From contig NC_057757.1 of NCBI RefSeq assembly GCF_004010195.1, positions 7,563,953-7,621,054 on the forward strand: a stretch of DNA of 57,102 nucleotides. The letters are read 5' to 3'. A model generated the notes under the pieces. That model searched no databases. It was not told where the DNA came from and saw nothing but the letters and a program-made list of their open reading frames with translations. Both the position numbers and the translations under genes were made by a program. This DNA is from Chiloscyllium plagiosum. Taxonomy: Eukaryota. Below, piece after piece: positions 37,110 to 49,554 of the stretch (position 1 is the first letter of the stretch; each line of letters begins with the position of its first letter).

Positions 37110-39290
37110 CATGTAATATGACCATGTTTGGGGGAGGAATGGAACAATGTCGAGTTCGAGCAAGAATGGGTTCCTATCCTAGTGCGCTGAAACCGTCAAT
37201 TGCGCCACCCCTCGACCCCGTCCCCGCCACAGTATCCGGGTCCCAACAGATCTTGCATAGCCAATCGGGTTAAAATGTGCTCTGGGAAATCAGCGGCACC
37301 CTGTGACCTCTGCACTGGAGTTCACCATCTCCATGTCACCCCCAAAACTATGTTCCCCTTCAGGCACTTACTGAACACCAAAGCAGATGAGGAAGATGCG
37401 CCGCCAACCATTGGGGTTTATGTCCCGTGGGAACCCCAAGAGATGATCATGATAATAAATCAGGGTCCAGATTGTAGTAGAGATAAACCTGCCCAACTCT
37501 TGCCTGGTACATCCAGCGCACAATTCAAAATGGACAATGCAACACCCCGGGATCTGTTTGCCCTCTGTTGTATGATCTTGCCTCTGGATTAGTGGTGCTG
37601 GAAGAGCACAGCAGTTCAGGCAGCATCCAAGGAGCAGCTTGTCACCAGCAGAAGTTACTAAGTGTCAGGAACAAATGGATGAGGGGGATGGAAAGTGACC
37701 AGTCCACACTCATGAGGATTGAAACGACACCTCGAGTGTCACGAACATGGTATGCACATCAAACATGGACTGGTCTGAGAACACCAGCACACAGAGGAGG
37801 AGAGCCCTTATTTATTACAGGGATGAACAGAACCACCCCACGTCACACGTTAAAGGTCCCACAGAAGCTAAGTTTGTTCAGCTGCCCCATGATTACAGCA
37901 CCCCTTCAGGCAGTACTGAGGAATTTCACTGGGACTGGAATACCATGCACCTGCCACTTGGACACGCAGGCTTCACTTTTTACACGGATGGCCCACAGGT
38001 CAGCGATGTTCCGGGAATGCGATTTCCACCGATCCTGAAATAATTGAGCATGCAGCATTTGATTCTTCACTCAGTCCGGAAGGCTGAATTGTTTGCCCTC
38101 ACTCAGACTTGCATTTTGGCGGAGGAGAAATCGGCCGATATTTGTACGGACTCTGGCTAGGCTTTCGGTATTGTCCGTGACTACAACACGTTATGGGAGC
38201 ACAGGGGATTTTTAACCTCCACGGGGCAACCCATTAGTAACGCTGTTTTTGTGTATAATCTTTTGCAGGCCTCATAGTGATCATCCAGCCTAGCGGTGAT
38301 CAAATGTTCAGCTTGCACTGGTGACAGGGTCTCCCAGGGCAACACGCAAGCAGGCAGCCTTACACCCCGCTTTCCTGGTCCCATTGGGCTCACAGCAACA
38401 CCTGATCACAAAAAGGATAAGGACGGGTACGCCAGATGTAGGAGAGATACGACACTTACTGGGGCACATCCCTGTAGAGGAATACAGACTATGGTCATAG
38501 ATGGGGTGCTCCCTAGACGTTCTATTGTTTACAACTAGACTTTATAGAACTTGCCAGATTACAATGTTATAAGTATTGGGTGGTAATAGTAGATGCCTTC
38601 AGCAGATGGATTGAGGCCATCCCAACAAAGGACAACATGACTACAACGGTGGTAAAAAAAACTACTGAGTGAAATAATTCCCCGCGATGGACTCCCGGAG
38701 ACCATTAGCTCAGACAATGGGCCACACTCCGTGGCTAAAATTAACCAGGGGATTTACAGGGAATTAGCGATAAACAACAATTCCACTGTAACCCCCACCC
38801 AAACGCAGCTGGGGTGGTGGAATGGGCAAATCGTACCCAAAAAGAAAGCTGGCAAAGCTAAAACAGGAAACAGGCCTAGGTTGGCCCTGTTCCACATGAG
38901 AGTTACCCCTTCGAGCAAAACCGGTCAGTCTCCTGCTGAGGTGGTTTATGGGAAGCCTGTGAGGACCCCATGAGGACCTGGGATAGACCCCTCCCTGAAA
39001 GACTTGAAATGAACACCCTGGGAGAGGAGGTGGGGGCATACCTGCAGGGGCTAACCAAATCTCTCCAAAGTTTGCATTTGCAGGTACGCCAGGCTTACCG
39101 AGAGCGCGGTGATTTGCCTGAAGGGGACTACCCTGCTGCTGATAAAGGACTGGGAATGAAAGAAGCTGGGACCAAGATGGAGAGGACTGTTCCAGGTGCT
39201 GCTGACCACCCCCACGGCTGTGAAGGTAAAAGAGTAGCCTTGATGGGTACACAGAACCGACTGCCAAAGAGTCAGCCTGGAAACCAACAC
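37110..39290 (+). mobile_element. Degraded endogenous retrovirus pol (RT remnant, RNase H, integrase), class I gamma/epsilon-like
   Basis: FYTDG (~37978), KAELFALTQ..CTDS..AFGIV..LWEHRGFLTSTGQPI, LDFIEL..IVDAFSRWIEAIPT, EIIPRDGLPETISSDNGP, GPRWRGLFQVLLTTPTAVKV; many stops and deletions; left boundary approximate. Confidence 0.9.
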
Positions 39291-39294
39291 CGAT

Positions 39295-40730
39295 TAAGGA
39301 CAAAGATATTTTCCATACTTGTGACATTGGGGACTTTGGGAAATGGAGCCTTGAGAACAGATGGATTTCAAACTGACACCCCCAAACATAATAGCTTTTC
39401 GGACCTGGCCTTCCAGACAGCCCATGTAATGGGGAGAGACACCCACTGCTGGGTATGTCCCCACACACCACCCATTCGGGGGGCAATCCCTTTGTGGCCC
39501 ATACCTTTTCACTGACACAAATTGGCTGAATGGCTACTGCGTCACAGCTTTTCCAGTGATCCTGCTAACACCGATAACGCACGGGAATTACAGTTGGAAG
39601 GGTATTATCTGACCTCATTCAGGGACTGGTATCACCACCTTAATTACAACCAACCGCATAGGCCCCCCTCCCTTGTAGGTCTCAACAGCACCATCGACTA
39701 CACCATTTGTTTCAGGAGGGAAGGGAAGCCTTCTAAAGGTACTTATGTGTGAACAAGTGAACACTCTTCTGCCACCCCCTGGGTCGAACCTATTCAGAAT
39801 TTAACAGAATATCGGCACTTTGTATTTGATTGGTCTGCCAGCCACAAGAGAACATCAGGCTACCTCTGGAATAACCCTACTCCCAGGGTGTGTGTGTGTG
39901 TGTGTGCGTGCATGTCTGTGTGTGGGCGTCTGTGTCTGTGTGTCTGTATGTGTCTGTGTGTGTGTCTGTGTGTGGGTGTCTGTGTGTGTGTCTGTGTCTG
40001 TGTGTGTGTATCTGTGTGTGGTCTGTGTGTGTGTGTGTGTGTCTGTGTGTGTGTCTGTGTGTGTGTGTGTTTTGGGGGCGGTGCTTACCTTGACTGCTTA
40101 CAATGGCACATACTTTATTTGTGGGTTAAAAGTCTACCTCTGGAGGCTTCCCTCCAATTGGAGGGGTTTTGTGTGACATGGGGTATGTAGTACCCTGCAT
40201 TCTGACCTTGCCCTCACTCCTTGCCGGGTTCCTCACCTGGGTGGGAATGTTCTCTCCCTCGACAGGAATCTATTTGCATGACAAAGAACTTAGTCAGCTC
40301 AGGACCGTATGGGAAAGGGTCGCCAATGATATGCCTAGTGCCTTAACTGAAACTAATGCAGAACTACTTGCGGTTTGGACTGTGGCCCTCCAGAATCATT
40401 TTTCCCTGGACTTCCTGCTAGCTAAGGAGGGCGGCACCTGTGCTACTGTTGGGGCAGAGTGCTGCACTTACATCCCTGATGAACCCACTAACATCACTGA
40501 CCTCCCTAAACACATCACACAGGAAATCCAGACTGTCCAAACTATTGACAATATGTCTAGTAATGGTCATTAGGAGGCGTCCTTGGAGGACTGGGAGGCC
40601 TGCTGGTACATCTCGGAATTACAATACTAATTGTAATCGTCTGCATTCTAGTGCTCTGGTACTTATGGCCACTGTTGTCCGAATGTTTTCGTTATAGACT
40701 CTGACGGGACCTGGTTGATCATCGAATGAT
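39295..40730 (+). pseudogene. env: Retroviral env (gamma-type), disrupted
   Basis: Hydrophobic leader KIFSILVTLGTL, CWVC motif, NGTYFICG..LPSNW, immunosuppressive domain LQNHFSLDFLLAKEGG, CX6CC (CATVGAECC), membrane anchor GLLVHLGITILIVIVCILVLW. Confidence 0.92.
39888..40070. repeat. (TG)n-rich microsatellite inside env SU
   Basis: Imperfect TG/TC dinucleotide run. Confidence 0.95.
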
Positions 40731-40743
40731 CAGTAGGAGGGAA

Positions 40744-41459
40744 TGAGACAGTTAGAAAGCCACAAAGGGATCAGTTCCATCTTTTACTTGTTTCTCATGG
40801 CATACTAGGGACTCAAAGGCTAAGCATTCCATTGCTAAGAGGACTCAGTACAGTATCAATTGCATGTCTGCCCTCTTACAAATTGAGACAGGACATTTCA
40901 GTCAGGGATCTGGCTGACTCTCAGAGAACTGATTCCTCAGGAGCCATAACTTGCAGCCTCAGGCAAAGGTATTTGTTCTCCCTGGACAAGACTGATAGCC
41001 TTGGCCATAACCCTATTAACTGCCTCCTGCTCCCATTATTTTGGTTCTTTTCCCTATTAACACAGGCATGTGAATCCCCCATTGAGAACAAGCAAAGCCC
41101 TTCTGTTGTAATCTCTTCCCATCAAAGCACAATTATGAAGAATACGATAACCAGTCCCTGTAATCCATCCACTCATTATCACAGGACATCGACAATCACT
41201 GGGCATTGTAAAATAATAATTGCCTGTCTTCAACAATGCAACAACAGTCGACCATGTGACTTATAGACTTTTTGATTCCGATAAAAAATACTATCTTTGT
41301 GTGTAGAGCAGAGATTCATGGAGAAGGGTCACCACAAGTAGACACACAACTACTTTTGGGGACATTGAGAATCTCTCACTGGCTCTCCGATAATAAAGCA
41401 TCTACCGTTGTACAGAAACTTGTGTCATCCGGATTTGTGGAACAAAATATCCATCAACA
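40744..41459 (+). mobile_element. 3' LTR of the ERV, preceded by polypurine tract
   Basis: agtaggagggaa then TGAGAC at 40744; AATAAA 41392-41397; ends ...ccatca(aca) at 41456-41459 abutting a CR1 fragment. Confidence 0.75.
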
Positions 41460-42010
41460 GAATGCCTTGGGATTGTCTGTGACCTAATATGCCAAGATCA
41501 TTTCTGGCCCCTTCTTGCTCTCCTAATTCCCTGCAAGAGTTTTTTCCAGCTTTCTTTATATTCCTCATGGCCCCTGTCTGATTTTAGCTTCCTAATCCTC
41601 AGGTGTGCTTCTGTTTTCCCTTTGACTAAATTCACAGCAAACCACATGATCCAAGGGTCCCTTAATCTTACCATCCTTGATCTTCCTCCTTACTGGAACA
41701 TGTTGGTCTTAAACTCTGAACAGCAGGTGTTTAAAGAACTCCCACATTCAAATGTATACTGGCCTGATCACAGCTCCTCCCAATTAATACTCCCTAACTC
41801 CCAACTAATATTGACATAATTTTCCCTTCATCCAATTTAGTGACATGCCTCAAGGTCCTGACTTATCCTTGTTCCTAGCCATCTGAAATGTAAGGAGTTC
41901 ACTGTTTCCAGAATGCTCTCCCACAGAAAGGTTAGTCACATGGACAGGCTCATTAGCCAGTACCAAGCCCAGTATGGCCCCTCCTCTAGTTGGACCATCC
42001 ACATACTGTC
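41460..42010 (-). mobile_element. Decayed CR1 ORF2 fragment
   Basis: Homologous to 8380-8930 (gaatgcc..., atccaagggtccc, cagtatggcccctcctctagt). Confidence 0.75.
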
Positions 42011-42224
42011 TGTACAATCTGAGAGCTGGCTCTGAGGAAGCTGGACCAGGGTCAGGTTACCGTTCAGCTGGAAATAAACAGTGACTTGGTGATGGGATAC
42101 CGGCCTCGGGGGATTTAATTCACCATTGACCTGGGCTCGAATTCTGCCTCAGCAAATGGTGGCATGGGAATTCAATAAAAATCTAACAATCGTTTGAAAA
42201 CCGTGTTGGGATCACTAACTTTCG

Positions 42225-45200
42225 GGAAGGAACCTGCCCTCCTTACCTGGTCTGGCCTACATGTGGCCCCCACCCCAAAGCAATGTGGACCCCCGGGGTA
42301 ACTAGGGAGAGGCAGGAAATGACAGCCTCATCCCAGAAATGATGTTTTTCAAAATGAAGTCTGAGGGCACCCATGAGCCCGAGGTGCAGGAGGGTTTGGA
42401 GTGTTCTCCTAAGGAACAGTGCTGCCCTGCTGAGCAGGCTCTGATCATTGTAACCCCAAATAAATCCCAAGGGAAACACAGGGGAAGTGGCACAGGGTTA
42501 CACACTGACAGACATGAGAAGGAACATCGACGTTGACATACACAGAACCACCACTCCCCCTCACCCTCCCTCCCCCACCCACCGAGGAGTCATATCTGGT
42601 GTCAGGCAATTTCCAGGCTCCAAAGTAACTCAGCTCTCCTTTTGTTGTCCCAGTGTGGTTTTCCATAAGCAGCAGACATCACAACGTTCAATGTTGCTCC
42701 GTGACTGGGATCACAGCACCTGGGCCATTCATTCATTTGGGAGGGTGCCCCCCACTGAGGTTGTAAAAATGTTCATAGTTCCCAGTCTTCCAGCTACCTC
42801 GACACTTATCATCAGGTCCTTTCCCAATTGTAAAGACCCAAAATATCTCCTTCAGAGACGAGCAGAGACCTGGGGAATTTAAAACACCTGAGGCAGCAAC
42901 AAGTATCAATTGGTTCATTTTGGTCAGAGGATTACAAAGGGACAATATAATAAAGAGCAGACAATTCTAAAGGGCTTACAGGAGAAGCAGGGCTTGAGCA
43001 GTTTGAGTATCAATTGGTTCATTTTGGTCAGAGGATTACAAAGGGACAATATAATAAAGAGCAGACAATTCTAAAGGGGTTACAGGAGAAGCAGAGCCTG
43101 AGCAGCTTGTACATTTGTCATTAAAGGTGGAAGAGGGAGTGCAGTAAATGTACACCAGGCTGATATCAGGGAGGGCAGGGCTGCTGTATGAGGAGAGATT
43201 GGTACAACTGGGCCTGGGTACAACAGCATTTAGAAGGATGGGAGGCAAAGAGTCAGTCGTGGTGTTGTTGGAAACCCAAGGCTTTATTACCAGGGGCATG
43301 TGAGAAACAGGGAGGTATCAGACACAGTATCTCCTGGCACAGAGTGTAGTGCCTGGTTTTTACTGCAATGGAGACTTGAGCACAAAGAATTGAGGGATGG
43401 GCATTGCTCTTCAGGCAGAAGGTTTAATTAAGTTCTCAAATAATGAGGCATCCGAACAGAAACGTTGAAAAAATCCTGCTCCCCATGATGACAGGTTCAC
43501 ACACACATAAACACAGAATGGAAACCACAGGGGAAAGAAGCAATGGAGACATAAGACAAAATGATCCTCCAGCTAATCATTTGTATCAGGATGCACTGCC
43601 TCAGATAATGGTGGAGGGAAATTCAACTGAGACATCTGGGAGAGAATGGGATCATTAACTGACACGATGGAGTGTCACTAAGTGAATTGTTCTTTCTCAG
43701 AGCCAGCACAGACACAACATTTGAATGGCCTCCTTCTGTGCTGTAACAATTCAGCGAGTCTTGTTATGGATCAGATCAAACCCTCTATAAACATATCACG
43801 GAGATAGCCTGGACCTTAACCTTTCTCTTAAAGGCATGTGTAAGGTGCTGCATTTCAGATGTGATTCACTTGGTCAAACACCCAGGCTTTCAGGAAAACA
43901 TTTTATTATTACACCACAGTTAAAATACAAAGAAATACAAGAAAAAAATTACACAATTTTAGCTTAACTGAAATACTTAACAAAATAAAATATTGTTTAA
44001 CGACTACTCCCCAACAGTTCCAATATAGCAGCATCCCATATAAACACACCCTTCGCAAAGGCCAATTCAGCACACAGAGATTTCTCTCACTTGCTGTCTC
44101 CTTAGACTAGGAGAAGGAACACCAACAGAATGAATCCAGCAGCAGAGAGAGAACTACAGCTTTTTCTAGCAACAGAAAAGAAAGATGTATGATAGCAGCT
44201 TCAAATCCAAAAAAATCCGTCTTCTACTTGTGAAAGTAAAGAGCAAAAACCCTGGATATGTGTGAGCCTGGCTCCACCCACTCATGCTTTCTTTGTCTAC
44301 ATTTAATCCTGTGTCTGTCAAAACATTCATTTTACTGTTCGAATCCAAATTTCCAGCACTTGGCACATAGCCTTGCGTTCTTTGACATTGTAGGGGCATA
44401 TCATAAGACCATAAGACNNNNNNNNNNNNNNNNNNNNNNNNNNNNNNNNNNNNNNNNNNNNNNNNNNNNNNNNNNNNNNNNNNNNNNNNNNNNNNNNNNN
44501 NNNNNNNNNNNNNNNNNNNNNNNNNNNNNNNNNNNNNNNNNNNNNNNNNNNNNNNNNNNNNNNNNNNNNNNNNNNNNNNNNNNNNNNNNNNNNNNNNNNN
44601 NNNNNNNNNNNNNNNNNNNNNNNNNNNNNNNNNNNNNNNNNNNNNNNNNNNNNNNNNNNNNNNNNNNNNNNNNNNGGAAGGAACCTGCCCTCCTTACCTG
44701 GTCTGGCCTACATGTGGCCCCCACCCCAAAGCAATGTGGACCCCCGGGGTAACTAGGGAGAGGCAGGAAATGACAGCCTCATCCCAGAAATGATGTTTTT
44801 CAAAATGAAGTCTGAGGGCACCCGTGAGCCCGAGGTGCAGGAGGGTTTGGAGTGTTCTCCTAAGGAACAGTGCTGCCCTGCTGAGCAGGCTCTGATCATT
44901 GTAACCCCAAATAAATCCCAAGGGAAACACAGGGGAAGTGGCACAGGGTTACACACTGACAGACATGAGAAGGAACATCGACGTTGACATACACAGAACC
45001 ACCACTCCCCCTCACCCTCCCTCCCCCACCCACCGAGGAGTCATATCTGGTGTCAGGCAATTTCCAGGCTCCAAAGTAACTCAGCTCTCCTTTTGTTGTC
45101 CCAGTGTGGTTTTCCATAAGCAGCAGACATCACAACGTTCAATGTTGCTCCGTGACTGGGATCACAGCACCTGGGCCATTCATTCATTTGGGAGGGTGCC

Positions 45201-46581
45201 CCCCACTGAGGTTGTAAAAATGTTCATAGTTCCCAGTCTTCCAGCTACCTCGACACTTATCATCAGGTCCTTTCCCAATTGTAAAGACCCAAAATATCTC
45301 CTTCAGAGACGAGCAGAGACCTGGGGAATTTAAAACACCTGAGGCAGCAACAAGTATCAATTGGTTCATTTTGGTCAGAGGATTACAAAGGGACAATATA
45401 ATAAAGAGCAGACAATTCTAAAGGGGTTACAGGAGAAGCAGGGCTTGAGCAGTTTGTACATTTGTCATTAAAGGTGGAAGAGGGAGTGCAGCAAATGTAC
45501 ATCAGGCTGATATCAGGGAGGGCAGGGCTGCTGTATGAGGAGAGATTGGTACAACTGGGCCTGGGTACAACAGCATTTAGAAGGATGGGAGGCAAAGAGT
45601 CAGTCGTGGTGTTGTTGGAAACCCAAGGCTTTATTACCAGGGGCATGTGAGAAACAGGGAGGTATCAGACACAGTATCTCCTGGCACAGAGTGTAGTGCC
45701 TGGTTTTTACTGCAATGGAGACTTGAGCACAAAGAATTGAGGGATGGGCATTGCTCTTCAGGCAGAAGGTTTAATTAAGTTCTCAAATAATGAGGCATCC
45801 GAACAGAAACGTTGAAAAAATCCTGCTCCCCATGATGGCAGGTTCACACACACATAAACACAGAATGGAAACCACAGGGGAAAGAAGCAATGGAGACATA
45901 AGACAAAATGATCCTCCAGCTAATCATTTGTATCAGGATGCACTGCCTCAGATAATGGTGGAGGGAAATTCAACTGAGACATCTGGGAGAGAATGGGATC
46001 ATTAACTGACACGATGGAGTGTCACTAAGTGAATTGTTCTTTCTCAGAGCCAGCACAGACACAACATTTGAATGGCCTCCTTCTGTGCTGGAACAATTCA
46101 GCGAGTCTTGTTATGGATCAGATCAAACCCTCTATAAACATATCACGGAGATAGCCTGGACCTTAACCTTTCTCTTAAAGATATGTGTAAGGTGCTGCAT
46201 TTCAGATGTGATTCACTTGGTCAAACACCCAGGCTTTCAGGAAAACACATTTTATTATTACACCACAGTTAAAATACAAAGAAATACAAGAAAAAAATTA
46301 CACAATATTAGCTTCACTGAAATACTTAACAAAATAAAATATTATTTAACGACTGCTCCCCAACAGTTCCAATATAGCAGCATCCCATATAAACACACCC
46401 TTCGCAAAAGCCAATTCAGCACACAGAGATTTCTCTCACTTGCTGTCTCCTTAGATTAGGAGAAGGAACACCAACAGAATGAATCCAGCAGTAGAGAGAG
46501 AACTACAGCTTTTTCCAGCAACAGAAAAGAAAGATGTATGATAGCAGCTTCAAATCCAAAAAAAATCTGTCTTCTACTTGT
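42225..46581. repeat. Near-identical ~1.9-2.0-kb direct duplication (42225-44231 and 44676-46581) spanning a gap
   Basis: Near-identical ORF translations repeat; scattered SNPs; first copy carries an extra ~104-bp tandem duplication at ~42901-43108. Confidence 0.97.
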
Positions 46582-47278
46582 CTGTCCAAATCTATCTTTG
46601 AACTGAAACTCTCCAGCCCAGGCAACATCCCAGTAACTGCCTTCTCCGCCTTCTCTCGTACCATCACAGCCCTTTTAAAATGTGGATTCTAGAACTGCAC
46701 ATCTTACATGAGCTAAGATCGAATCAGTGTTTAAGATTGATCCACCATCACCTCTCTGCGATTAAATTCTAAGTCTGGACTAATAAAGGCAAGTATTCCA
46801 CATGCCTTTGCAAACACTTTATCCACCCGACTGACACCTTAAGGAATTAAGGATGGTGCACATCAAGGATCTGATACTATGCTCGTGATTTAAGAGAAAG
46901 AGGGTGTGTCGTGTTATTATTTGTCTCATTGAAGTGGGCCATGAGACTGAAAAGGTTGGGAAACATTCACCTTGATTCTATGTTGTTCCCGTTCATCTGT
47001 TCATCCTGTATTCCCTCGCCTTGTTTGTCCTGTCCAAGTACATCACATCACATTGATCCCGACTGAATTCCATTGGACACAGTCTGACCTTCTGACCAGG
47101 GGTCTACATCCTCCAATAATGTAAAGCTCTTCTACTCATGCTTCACCACTCCAGTGAATAAAACAGGAACAGTCACGGTTACAACACTGATCTGAACTTC
47201 AAATTGTTTTTAAAAAGTAATTGGACCAATAATCTAACAAAATGGTGTATTAACGTTGAACGTTGGCTTGAAGTTTCA

Positions 47279-48171
47279 TCACATTACCTTAACCAACCTT
47301 GTGAAAGGATACATTATTCCATTCTTCATCGCTTCCCTGAATTTCCTCTGGGTAACTGCATAAATAAAGGTGTTTGTGCAGCAACTCAGGAGCTGGAGCA
47401 TGAAGCCAATCTCACTAACAAATGTTGGCAGAGGAACTGGGTATCCCAAGTAATCAAAGCGTTTCAGTATGGAATAAGCAATGAACACCACCCATAACAT
47501 GATGAAATTTCCAGATATAATAAATAACATAATCATGGATTTCCTCCGACTCCCCATCTCTGGGTCACTGACACTGTCACCAGTCGTCTGAGCCCGGAGT
47601 CTCCTGCGAGCTCTGCTGGCAAATATAATGTTTCTGACTGTCAATGTGTTTAACAGTAGAATCAAAATAAATGGAATGAATGGTGTTATTATGTAATGCA
47701 TTAATTCAACAATAGTCCAGACAACTGAAGTAAAGACATTTTGAGGCACTTTACAAAACCATGGACTATTAGAAAGCCAATATCGCTTGTAATACATGAA
47801 ATACCAGAAAATGTTCTTCAAACAACTCAGCACAGTCACTGTTCCTAAAACCACACCCGCTGTTTTCTTGGTGCAATGTTTATTTCTCAGCTTTTGGCAA
47901 CAGATTGCCACAAACCGATCAAAGGTGAACGTGACCGTGAACCAGACAGAGCAGTCTGTGGCTGCATAAAGCAGAACAGCATGGATGTTGCACACGTGGA
48001 GAGCATGCACAAACAGAAACTCCTCCCGATATGTGATCGGAATTTGTCGTAGTATCAGATCGAAGATAATGACCAGTAGATCCGCCACTGCCATAGCCAC
48101 CAGGTAATGAGTAACACATTTGGAAAGGCCACACATCCCCCGAACCAGGATCATAATTGTAATCAGATTAA
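47279..48171 (-). CDS. Main coding exon of a rhodopsin-family GPCR, GPR139/GPR142-like (TM1 end to stop)
   Basis: Uninterrupted frame; acceptor ttcctcttctttcaAG then phase-1 (G)TT AAT = V-N of TM1; YLVAMAVADLL (TM2), TFTFDRFVAIC (TM3), SCCTNTFIYAVTQRKFR (TM7/H8); first exon not identified. Confidence 0.9.
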
Positions 48172-49404
48172 CTTGAAAGAAGAGGAACAAATATAATAAT
48201 TTATTGCTCAGGTATAGAGCAGAAATGATCTTTTTCCTTTATTTCCAGTAAAATATTAAAGCAAATTATTAATGAGTATCCAATGTTTATGCAAAACTAA
48301 ACCACAAATCTACCACAAATTTGCATTTTATAATTCCATTCAGAAAGGATTCTAACTATTTTACCTGTCAGGGAATGGAAATAGCGTGTAGTCAAAATCA
48401 TTGGAAACGCTGAAGTCTAAAACACAAAGGTGTCTGTGACAATATAAACTTCACAACTTTGAAAACTGTTCATAGATTGAAAGAATAAATAACCTGTTAA
48501 ATATGGAGAGGAGCAATGATGTCTCTCGAATAAAGTGTTTCTTCAGACAAAAGGGACAATGAGAAGCTGTTGTAAAAGCAGTTACATGTGAGTTACACAT
48601 CCCTGGGAAGAAGGGGTTACAAATACCAAAGGGGAGATAATACCTGCTTGAGAATTTGCTGCCTCGTGACAAAGGGACAATTATGACCTGCCGGCAGTGG
48701 TAAAGTTCTGAAGTAAAGAGTGTAATTGTAGGAAAATGTATGTTTTAAGCAGCTAACCCTGAATGAAACAAGGAACAAAGGAGTTACTTTTGTTGAGAAG
48801 GCAAAGTATAGACTTGAGATGGTCAAAAATATAATCTATATTTGGGATGAAAAAACCTATTTAATCATCAATAATGTTACAGCACAAACATGAAAGACAG
48901 AAAATTGTGTGAGAATCCAACAGCAGAACAACTCAGTTGCAGAACTTCAATTGATAACACGGTACAGGGATCGAATCCTGGACACTTCCAGAGACAGACC
49001 ACTGTTGGTTGAAATCCAAAGCGGGTAGTAACTAAGTTGGGTTGCATGGATTATACTTGGTTACTTGAGGGATCTTAATAAAGTTGAAATTATTGTTTCA
49101 GTACTGATTGTCTCAGAGATTCCTTATTAAATGGCCAAATTAAAGGGAAATTATGTTGAGTTTAGCCACAATACATGGATCAGTGAAACGGGGTTGAAAC
49201 AAGCAAAAGTTTAAGTAAATACAAAATTTGCAATCTGAAGCCAAATTTACCAACACATGAAGAAATACTGTAACAGAAATGAGCGATTCAGACATTTAGA
49301 TATTTTGCTCCATTCAAGTAGGTCATTGATAACTTTTATTAATTGTCATTAACTTTTCTTTAACTCCAATCTCATTCAATCCTTAGAGGGAAAACTCTCA
49401 ATAG

Positions 49405-49554
49405 CGATTAAGAAAGAAATAAAGAGGAAAAGAGAATGAATGAAAAACAGTAAGAAAGGAGGAAAGAAAGAGAGCAAAAAGAAAAAGAGAGAAAAAGTAA
49501 GAGTGAGAAAAAAGAAAGAAAAAATAATGAGAGAAAAAAGAACGAGAGGATAAA
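49405..49554. repeat. AG-rich low complexity next to gap
   Basis: aagaaagaaa-type runs. Confidence 0.8.

Noticed and set aside
48366..48402. Possible GPCR first exon on minus strand (MILTTRYFHSLT + phase-1 GTAAAA donor)
   Set aside because: Phase fits but it lacks the hydrophobic first half of TM1 expected upstream of the conserved Asn; the true exon is probably beyond the gap
48430..49170. Possible further solo LTR (AATAAA at ~49077, U5-like downstream sequence)
   Set aside because: Could not define TG...CA termini with a target-site duplication
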